DNA of 15,985 bases from Prasinococcaceae sp. CCMP 1430. Its lineage: Eukaryota > Plantae > Prasinodermophyta. The notes beneath the pieces were generated by a model that was not told the origin of the DNA, did no database searches, and was given only the letters and a program-made list of their open reading frames with translations. Shown in pieces: positions 1 through 7,429 of the stretch. The stretch is taken from assembly GCA_013416795.1 (NCBI GenBank), contig RQSC01000018.1, positions 345,974-361,958 on the forward strand, given 5' to 3'. Each line of letters starts with the position of its first letter. The first letter of the stretch is position 1. The position numbers and the translations under genes were made by a program.

Positions 1-45
1 GCACCGAGGCGCGCCGCGCGCCGCACGGAGGCGCGCCGCGGCCGC

Positions 46-1629
46 TCACTCCGCGTCCGCCGCCGCCACCGACGCGGTGGCGGCCCCGTTGACCTGGGCC
101 TTCTTGGGCTTGGGCGGCTCGGAGCGCCCCGTGGCGTCGGTGATGGTGCGGATGCCCTCGGACACCGCGCTGAGCTTCTGGATGTCCTTGGACTCCAGGC
201 GCCAGCCCCAGTTGCCGGTGCCCACGGCGGGCGTGTTCATGCGGCCCTCCTTGTTGTCCAGCCCGAGCAGGTCCTGCATCTGCACGATGGTGATCCTCGC
301 CGGCGACGCCATGGCCGTGCGCACGAACTCGGTCGCCACCTCGGCGGGCTCCAGGCCCGCGGTGCCCATGTAGGCGTCGACCAGGGCGCGCGTGTCCGCG
401 TCGGCCTCCTCGTACCACCCGGCGACGGTGTCGTTGTCGTGCGTGCCCGGGTAGCAGACGCTGTTCTCGGCGTGGTTGTGCGGCATGTGCGTGTTGGTCC
501 AGCCGCCGCCCCAGGCGAAGAGCAGCACCACCATGCCGGGGGCGTCGATCTCCTTGCGCAGGGCGTCCACGTCGGGCGTGATCACGCCCAGGTCCTCGGC
601 GATGAGGTACTTGCGCACCGGCCCGAGGCGCCGCTCCAGCCCCTCGAAGAAGTCCATGCGCGGGCCCATGCGCCACTTGCCGTCCATGGCGGTGTCGGCC
701 TTGCCGTCGACCGCCCAGTAGCCGGCCAGCGCCCTGAAGTGGTCGATGCGCATCTCGTCGAAGAGCTGCAGGCTGCAGCCGATGCGCCTGCTCCACCACG
801 CGTACCCCTCCTCGCGGTGGGCGTCCCAGTTGTACAGGGGCGAGCCCCACAGCTGGCCGGTGGCGCTGAAGGCGTCGGGGGGCACGCCGCTGACCTCGGC
901 GGCGGCGCCGGTGACCTGGTCGAGGGCGAACAGCTGCCTGTTGGCCCACACGTCCGACGAGTGCCCGCCGACGTAGATGGGCATGTCGCCCACCACCGAG
1001 ATGCCCAGCGAGTTGGCGTAGCGGTGGAGCGCCTGCCACTGGTCGTAGAAGAGGAACTGCGACGCGACGAAGACCTCGATGAAGTCCGCGTACTCGGCGC
1101 GGAGCTCCTCGAGCGCCTCGGCGGTGCGGTCGCGCAGCCCCTTGGGCCACTCCCACCACACCTTGCCCGGGTGCTTGGCGCAGGCGGCCGCGAACAGCGC
1201 CGAGTCGCCGATCCAGCTGGCGATGGACGCGTCCGCCTTGAAGGCGGCGAAGCTCTCGGCCAGCGAGTCGCTGGGCCCGCAGCTGCCGGCGGCCTGCGCC
1301 TCCTGGCCCACGAGCCGCTTGGCGGCGAGGTCGATCAGCGGCCGCTTGCGCTCGGCGACCGCGGCGAAGTCGCACCTGCCGCTGAGGGCGATCGGCGGCG
1401 GGCGCTCGTCGGCCCCCAGCAGCCCCTCCTTCACGAGCGAGTCCAGGCTGATGAGCAGCGTGTTGCCGCACAGCGCGTCCGTGCTGCTGTAGGGGGACCA
1501 GCCCTCCTCCTCCGGGGGCACGAGCGGCAGCACCTGCCACATGCTGAAGCCCGCGCCCTCCATCCACTTCACCATGTCGAACGCCCCCTTGCCGAGGTCG
1601 CCCGCGCCGTCGGGGCCCGGCACGCTCGT
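46..1629 (-). CDS. DPE1: 4-alpha-glucanotransferase / disproportionating enzyme 1 (GH77, MalQ family), 5'-truncated
   Basis: Translation has TSVPGPDGAGDLG...WQVLPLVPP, YSSTDALCGN, GDMPIYVG, GVPPDAFSATGQLWGSPLY, and the catalytic motifs RIDHFRA (Asp), IAEDLG (Glu) and GTHDNDT. Stop TGA at 48-46. Homology and the almost pure G/C third positions end at ~1629; the expected LLHP and transit peptide are absent. Confidence 0.95.
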   Translation of the reverse strand, partial: TSVPGPDGAGDLGKGAFDMVKWMEGAGFSMWQVLPLVPPEEEGWSPYSSTDALCGNTLLISLDSLVKEGLLGADERPPPIALSGRCDFAAVAERKRPLIDLAAKRLVGQEAQAAGSCGPSDSLAESFAAFKADASIASWIGDSALFAAACAKHPGKVWWEWPKGLRDRTAEALEELRAEYADFIEVFVASQFLFYDQWQALHRYANSLGISVVGDMPIYVGGHSSDVWANRQLFALDQVTGAAAEVSGVPPDAFSATGQLWGSPLYNWDAHREEGYAWWSRRIGCSLQLFDEMRIDHFRALAGYWAVDGKADTAMDGKWRMGPRMDFFEGLERRLGPVRKYLIAEDLGVITPDVDALRKEIDAPGMVVLLFAWGGGWTNTHMPHNHAENSVCYPGTHDNDTVAGWYEEADADTRALVDAYMGTAGLEPAEVATEFVRTAMASPARITIVQMQDLLGLDNKEGRMNTPAVGTGNWGWRLESKDIQKLSAVSEGIRTITDATGRSEPPKPKKAQVNGAATASVAAADAE

Positions 1630-2102
1630 CCGTATTCGGCGCGTGCCATGAATCCCTGCTGCGCGGGGATGGCCATCTCGACCATACCCCACAATACGAG
1701 CGAGTAGGCATCGTTGGTCGACGGATCCTGCTCATTCCAGCCACCTGCAATGAATATGGGGTCGTCTAGCACGGACTGGCCTTCGCGACCACCTCTGGAG
1801 AGCTGCGCCGCATAGTTAGCGTCGATGAGCTCCTTCATTGAGAATCCCTTCGGCTCGTATGGATGGTAGTATTCGTTAGGCCACATCCACCTGTCGAGGT
1901 TGCCCTTCTGCGTGCGCAGAAACCACGGGTACGTAAGCATTGCCTGGTCTACCATCTGCACATCGGCGCGATAACCCTCGCACACTTGCAGGTAGCGCAT
2001 GCCGTTAGTGATGAGATCTCCTTTCACTATCACCCGCGCACCGGACGGCAGCGGCGTCAGCACGTCTCGGGCGTACTCCACTATGGCGTCGTTGGAAGAC
2101 TC
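1626..2102 (-). CDS. TMEM260: TMEM260 / DUF2723 protein O-mannosyltransferase-like, internal C-terminal-domain fragment
   Basis: NDAIVEYARDVLTPLPSGARVIVKGDLITNGMRYLQVCEGYRADVQMVDQAMLTYPWF and IAGGWNEQDPSTNDAYSLVLWG match the TMEM260 pattern as recalled (F-A-x-x-L-L...GDLPGNSLRY...CEGLRPD...VDQEMMTYEWY; GDPTW...YSLWPWG). Bounded by the N at 2103 and the junction at ~1630. Confidence 0.8.
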
Positions 2103-2103
2103 N

Positions 2104-2153
<50 letters not shown>
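2104..2153 (+). repeat. A50 homopolymer abutting an assembly N
   Basis: 50 consecutive A directly after N2103. Confidence 0.9.
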
Positions 2154-2156
<3 letters not shown>

Positions 2157-2359
2157 GGTGGGGGTGGGGGAGGGTGGCGTCGGTCCGAACCCAAACCAAC
2201 GAACCCGGGATGAGACCCGCGTGCGCGGCGATGTACCGGGGGTGCGCGTCTCGGGACCTCGTGGATGATTCGGGGCTGACCGCGTTGCGAACCGCCGGCG
2301 CCAGTACGAGCCCCAGCCCGACAACCCGATATCGGCCAGGAGTCATGTGTGCCTAAAGG

Positions 2360-2445
2360 AGGTTTTACCTTACAGCCCGGTTCGGAGCCTTCCCGAACCG
2401 GGGATTTTAAATCTCAATCCCTGAAGCATACCCCGATACCCCGAT
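2360..2445. other. Cluster of short inverted repeats / hairpins
   Basis: Perfect 10-bp stem CCCGGTTCGG (2376-2385) / CCGAACCGGG (2393-2402) with a 7-nt loop; GGGATT (2401-2406) / AATCCC (2416-2421); AGGT-TTT-ACCT (2360-2370); tandem TACCCCGA x2 (2429-2444). Confidence 0.7.
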
Positions 2446-2763
2446 GGCCCGAGCCCTCCCAAACGGATCCACTCGCCGTCAAAACGCGCGCGTTCCGGAA
2501 ATATTCCGAGCGAGGTGCGAACCCTCCTGTCTCTTTTGGGGTTCCGGCGTGGGTGTCTTTTTTCTTTTTTTTTTTTTTTGGAGGGTGGAGGCGTGTGTGG
2601 GGGGGTTTGGGGGGTTTGGGCCTGCCGCCGCAGCAGGCGGGAAAGCGGCGCCGCGGCGCAGATTTAGATTTCGTGCGCGCGTGCGGGGGGGGCGGGGGGG
2701 CGGGGCGGGCGTCCCTGCGGTTTGGACAGTATTTTACGACTGTATTTACCATCAGTTCTCCTT

Positions 2764-2980
2764 GTCCCCGGAAAAGCCCAGATGAGTCATCCGCTGCGAC
2801 AAAGAATCCCGGATGAGTCATCATTGTCCCCGGAAAAGCCCAGATGAGTCATCCGCTGCGACGAATACTCCCGGATCAGTCGTCCTCGTCCCCGGAAAAG
2901 CCCAGTTGAGGCATCCGCTGCGACAAAGAATCCCGGATCAGTCATTCGTGTCCCCGGAATATCCCAGATCAGTCATCAGT
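2764..2980. repeat. Minisatellite: 62-bp unit made of two 31-bp monomers (ABABABA, 3.5 units)
   Basis: GTCCCCGG recurs at 2764, 2826, 2888 and 2950 (period 62). Both halves carry CCC(A/G)GAT(G/C)AGTCAT at the same offset. A1 and A2 are identical. Confidence 0.95.
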
Positions 2981-3152
2981 CAGGCGCAGATTTAGATGTC
3001 GCGCGCGCGCGTCCACTGCGGGCGCGCTCGTTACGCGTCCGTCTCCGCGGGCGAGGTGACAGCGACGCTCTTTTGCGCGCGAGCGCGCGAGCGCGCGGCC
3101 GCGCGGCCGCGCCGCGGCAATACTGAGCAACTTCTCGGGTGCGGCAATCGCC

Positions 3153-4651
3153 ATGGACAACGTGACGATGACGCTGATCGACTGCATCTTCTCGCAGAAC
3201 TCCGTTCCTGAGTTTAGCAATGACCTCGAGCCTCCCCAGACTACTGCGGTGGTCGCCGGATGGCCGGGCTTTTTCGGTGATTTATGCAGCAACACGTCGG
3301 TACTGGTGCAGGGCTGCACCTTTCTCAACAACACCGCAGGCTATGCGTGGAACGGCGCGGCGATCCAAGCTTACTGTGGCTCGAACGTCACCGTGCGAGG
3401 TACGCGCGCACAAGAGAGAGAAAGAGAGAGACAGAGAGAAACAGAGAGAAAGAACTCACGGACTCAGTGCATGCGCACGCGCACGTGCGCTCGCACGTAT
3501 ACTCTTGCGCATGCGCGCACACCCGTATTCGCGTACTGACACGCGCGAGCGCGCGCGCGTGCGTGCCTGCGCACACGCACGCGCGCGTGGCAGATTCGCT
3601 CTTCAAGGCGCAGGTGACTAGCACTCCTGGTTCCTTCCCGGGCTACGGCGGCGCGATCTACATTTCAGGAAAGTCGGAAGGTCCGTCGAAAGGAAGCACA
3701 TTCCACATCGAGAACTCGACCTTCCGTGAATGTTCCGCGGACTTTTGGGCCTTCGGCGGCGCCATCGCCGTGGAAGGGCTCCTCCTTCCCCCCCCGGGCA
3801 CTGTCAATACCAACGTCACAATCGTGGACACGCTCTTCGAGGACAACCTCGCAAGCGCGATCGGAAGTGGAAACTCGGGGTATGGCGGCGCAATCTATGC
3901 CTTTGGGGGCACGGCCAACGTGTCGGTGAGCCGCAGTGCCTTTATCGGAAACAACGCTGGTCTCCCGGAGAATGGGGGTTTCCTCAACGGCCTCGGTGGG
4001 GCCATCATGATTGACACAGGGCCTACGTTGCGCGTTTCCAACTGCTCCTTTGTGAACAACACCGCAGTGGCAGGCTTTCAGGGGGGTGAGGGCGCAGGTG
4101 GCGCAATCCACAGCGAGTCCGGTTTTTTGGGGAGTGGCGGGGCAAATGTCATGATCGTCGAAGACTCGGTATTCGCAGACAACACGGCGCCGTATGCCAG
4201 CGGCGGAGCTCTGTATGCTGCCGGCGGCACCTTTGACTCCACGGACCCTGACTCGCCGTTTTCCAACCCGGCGAACATCAGCATTTCCAACTGCTCCTTT
4301 GTGAACAATACCGCGCCTCAGGTCGAGTCCGGGGGCGCTGCCATCGGCGCGCAGCGTGCCGTCTTCATCAACATCACCAACTCGTCCTTCTCGGGGAACG
4401 CCGCCGGTGGCACCATCGGCGCGATCGTGCTGGATTCCATCAGTACCGACCCGGCGAACCCACTTCAGGCCCGCGTGGAGGGCTGCTCGTTTGAGGACAA
4501 CACCGCTGCCAGTGGCGACCAGACCGCGACGGCGCTCTGGGTCGGAAACCCAAGTAGTCCCTTCGTGGAGGTGTGCGGCTCCGCCAACGCCTTCGCGAAC
4601 GCGCCCGTGCCGCAGACCACGTTTCCCAGCCCGCTGCCGCCGTGCGAGTGA
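3153..4651 (+). CDS. Pmp-repeat (GGAI / FxxN) right-handed beta-helix protein, pectin-lyase-like fold; exons 3153-3399 and 3594-4651; probably 5'-incomplete
   Basis: About ten alternating G[G/A]A[I/L] and FxxN motifs (FSQN, FLNN, FEDN, FIGN, FVNN, FADN, FSGN). Splicing 3400-3593 gives in-frame NVTVR-D-SLF and a 434-aa ORF. The frame stays open upstream to 3060 and contains another SGAAIA motif, so the true start may be further 5'. Confidence 0.8.
3400..3593 (+). other. Spliceosomal intron (194 nt) with GA-rich microsatellite
   Basis: AG|GTACGC donor, CTGAC branch point at 3536-3540, GGCAG acceptor. Removing it joins the two Pmp-repeat ORFs in frame. Confidence 0.85.
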
Positions 4652-4737
4652 GCGGCACGATCGCGAGCGGAGCCCACGCCCGCCTCAGGCCTCGCCGCCC
4701 ACTAGACTAGTCACCCTAAACCTTAATACCTACAGTG

Positions 4738-4742
4738 TGTAA
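4738..4742 (+). promoter_or_regulatory. Putative UGUAA polyadenylation signal
   Basis: TGTAA in an AT-richer patch 87 nt after the beta-helix stop. UGUAA is the known chlorophyte signal, but a 5-mer alone is weak evidence. Confidence 0.3.
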
Positions 4743-5062
4743 ACCCTTCAACCCTTTTCTCTCTTCCATCCACAGAAAGGGAGGGAAAAAAGGTCTGAAT
4801 TTCCGCGCGCGCCCGCACATCGTCGATCGGTTGGGGCGCGGCAGATATGATATGTGGCGGAGTCACGTGTTGTTTAGGTGCTGGCGCTTCGGCGCAACGG
4901 AGGGCGCGTGTCAAGTGCGCCAGTGTGTGCGCGTATGGCGGGGGGTGGGGAGGGGGAGGGGAGGGGAGGGGAGGAGAAGGGCGTTCGTTGCGCGTAAGGG
5001 GCCACACCGCACACGCCGCACACGCCGCACACGCCGCGGCACGTACACGCGCGCGCGCGACG

Positions 5063-5823
5063 ATGGCGGCGAGGCTCATGACGCTCTCGGCGCTCGCGGC
5101 GCTCGCGGCGGCGGGCACGCCGCCCCGAAGCGCGCGGGCCGACGGCGGAGATGAGGCTTCGACGTCCGCGCCCGCTGCCGGCGACGGCGAGGAGAGCTCG
5201 CGCTTCGAGCAGTACGACGACACGACGAACGGCTTCTCGCTGCTCGTGCCTGCGGAGGGATGGTCGCCGCAGGACAAGCCAGGCTCGACATTCTACACGA
5301 CGGATGGCTCGCTCTTCGGGTCGAACTCGGTGCGTTCGCAGCTGCGGGGGCTGGCGTGGGCCTGCTGCGCACCGGCTGCGTGCGTCGCGCGTCGCTGACG
5401 CCGTGTGCGCGCCCCGACCTCCGTTGCGCCTATCTGCCCGTCGCGCGCACGCGCGGGCGCGCGCAGGTTGGCGTGACGGTGAACCCCGTCAAGGTCGATA
5501 GCCTATCGTCCTTCGGCGGGGTGGACGACGTGTGGGTCAAGCTGCGCGCCGCAGAGGTGGCCAAAGAGTCCACGAAGTCCATCGACCTTGTCGACAGCGG
5601 CAAGCGAGCACCGAGCGACGGTGCGGCGGAGCTCTTCACGTACGAGTACGTGCTTGACTCGACCCGCGGCAAGAAGCACGTCTTCAACGCGGTCGCCATC
5701 ACGGGCAGCAAATTGTACATCCTCAACGCGCAATGCAAGGACAAGGGGACTGAGGAGACGGACGCACTCGCTGCAGACCTCGGCATGGTGCTCAAGTCAT
5801 TTACGGTCACAGCGGCGGCGTAG
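5063..5823 (+). CDS. PPD2: PsbP domain-containing protein 2, thylakoid lumen; exons 5063-5329 and 5467-5823
   Basis: GFSLLVPAEGW..DKPG, SNSVGVTVNPVKVDSLSSFG, AEVAKESTK, FTYEYVLDSTRGKKHVF and KLYILN match plant PPD2. Signal-like LSALAALAAAG..ARA. The spliced ORF is 207 aa. The stromal transit peptide looks short, so the start may lie upstream (frame open from 4847). Confidence 0.85.
5330..5466 (+). other. Spliceosomal intron (137 nt, phase 0)
   Basis: GTGCGT donor, GCTGAC branch point (A at 5398), GCGCAG acceptor. Removal restores the PPD2 SNS-VGV motif. Confidence 0.9.
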
Positions 5824-6305
5824 CGCGAAGGCCGCCATTCACGGCTGCATGCGCATGTCAGCGTGGGGGGGTGTTTAGGGGCTCGAGGCGTTCAACATTG
5901 TGCTCGTGGCGCTTGCGCTCTCAATAAGTGATGCGGTGCGTGTGACTGTCTGGCGCTCGCTGCTGCGGACTGACTCGAACCATTGATACATAAGGGCGAC
6001 TTAGAGGACTCGGAAAAAACCGCTGAGCGCTGCGCGTTCAGCGGAAGTGTCCTGAGGGGACCGCGCTCACGCCCGAGCGATCCCATCCCCGGTCTCCCCT
6101 CCTCATCCCCACTTCACTCCTTCCCACCCACCCATTCCACCCCTATCCCCTGCGCGTCGACGTCAGCCTTCGTTCAGCCAGCGCACACCATGCTATCGGC
6201 AGCTATGTGGAGACCTAGAGCTAGAGAAAAAGTCGGGCAGCCTCGGCGAACAGGCGAGGAACCACGACTTCACGGCTTTCGGCTGCGAGGATCGGGCGCA
6301 CGGAG

Positions 6306-7298
6306 TCAGTCGATGACGTGCGACCACTCGTGCTCCACCTCGCCGTTCTGGATGTCGCCGAGCTGCTGCATCACCCTCATCGCGATGGGCCCCGAGGCCT
6401 CCCCGGTCGCCGCGATGGGAAGCGTGTACTCTTTCCCCTCATACGTGAGGCTCTTCACGGGCTGAATCACGGCCGCGGTGCCGGTGCCGAAGCACTCGAG
6501 CAACCTGCCCTCCTCGGACGCCTTGAGCAGCGGTGCGAGCTTGACGGCCTGTTCCGTCACCTTGAACTCGCCCCAACTCTTGCACAGCTCGATCACCGAT
6601 AGCCGCGTAATGCCGGGGAGGATGCAACCGTCGTCAAGCCAGGGAGTGATGAGCTCCTCCTCGCCGTCCTCGTTCACCCACAGGAAGAAGATGTTCATTG
6701 TGCCCGCCTCGGTGACGATTTGGTCCTTCCCGTAGCAGAAGAGCGCCTGCGAGCAGCCCGCGCGCGCCGCCTCAATTTGAGGGAGCACGGTGGGCGCGTA
6801 GTTCCCACCGCACTTGGCAGCGCCGACGCCTCCCGGCCAGGCACGGATGTGCTTCTCCTCGACGGCGAGCTTGATGGCCTGGAAACCCGACTTGAAGTAC
6901 GGGCCCACCGGGCTGAGCAGCACGAATATCATGGCCTCGCTGCATTGCGTCAGCCCAAGCCACGGCGTCGTGGAGAAGGCGACCGGCCTCATGTACATCG
7001 AGTAGCCCTTTTGCCGGGGCACCCAGTCGCCGTCCAGCCGCACGAGGTCCTCGATGCACCGCAGCAGCGCCTCCTGGGAGAACGCCGGCAGGCACAAGCG
7101 CTCGCAGCTCTCGTGGAATCGCTTCATGTTGAGCTTCGGCCGGAAGAGGCGGAGCTTGTCGCTGCTGTCGCGGTATACCTTCATCCCCTCGTAGCACTCG
7201 ATGGCGTAGTGCAAGACGTGGCTGAACGGGTGGAGGGCGATGGGCCCTGAGGGCACCAGCTCAGGGGGTGCCCAACCCGTGTCGGCCCGCCAGGTGCA
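6306..7298 (-). CDS. BCAT: Branched-chain amino acid aminotransferase (PLP fold type IV), last exon; N-terminal exon(s) lost at the N7429 gap
   Basis: LHYAIECYEGMK, LFRPKLNMKRF, YMRP, RAWPGGVGAAKCGGNYAP (PLP lysine), EAGTMN, ILPGITR and FGTGTAA. GCGCAG acceptor at 7300-7299 precedes CTWRADTGW. The conserved FTDHM motif is missing. Confidence 0.93.
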   Translation of the reverse strand, partial: CTWRADTGWAPPELVPSGPIALHPFSHVLHYAIECYEGMKVYRDSSDKLRLFRPKLNMKRFHESCERLCLPAFSQEALLRCIEDLVRLDGDWVPRQKGYSMYMRPVAFSTTPWLGLTQCSEAMIFVLLSPVGPYFKSGFQAIKLAVEEKHIRAWPGGVGAAKCGGNYAPTVLPQIEAARAGCSQALFCYGKDQIVTEAGTMNIFFLWVNEDGEEELITPWLDDGCILPGITRLSVIELCKSWGEFKVTEQAVKLAPLLKASEEGRLLECFGTGTAAVIQPVKSLTYEGKEYTLPIAATGEASGPIAMRVMQQLGDIQNGEVEHEWSHVID

Positions 7299-7429
7299 CT
7301 GCGCGCGGCGCAGAGCGGAGCGGAGCCGAGCGGCGCGGCGCGGCGGCAGCACCGTTTTTCGCGGGTCGCGTTTCGGCCCGCGGGAGATGTACGGGGTGGG
7401 TGCGGTGCGAAGGGAGCGCACGGCTCGCN

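Noticed and set aside
1630-1692. DPE1 N-terminus from ATG 1692 (PRAAGI resembles the MalQ PRASGI motif)
   Set aside because: LLHP is missing, spacing is wrong and codon usage is unlike DPE1, while the overlapping frame fits TMEM260. Probably coincidence, though not formally excluded.
2104-2153. Retroposon or processed-gene poly(A) tail
   Set aside because: The sequence 5' of it is lost at the N, the adjacent gene is on the opposite strand, and no TSD is visible. Its length may be an assembly artefact.
2346-2425. tRNA, tRNA-derived SINE or snRNA (GGTTCGGAGCC resembles a B box)
   Set aside because: No cloverleaf; the candidate A box is poor and only ~20 nt away; no U1/U2/U5/U6/U12 signature sequences.
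2764-2980. CRISPR array
   Set aside because: The intervening segments are copies of one another (B monomers), not unique spacers. There are no cas genes and the context is eukaryotic.
4714-4760. Telomeric repeat remnant (CCCTAAA, AAACCCT; also TTTAGGG near 5875)
   Set aside because: Only isolated, degenerate single copies; not an array.
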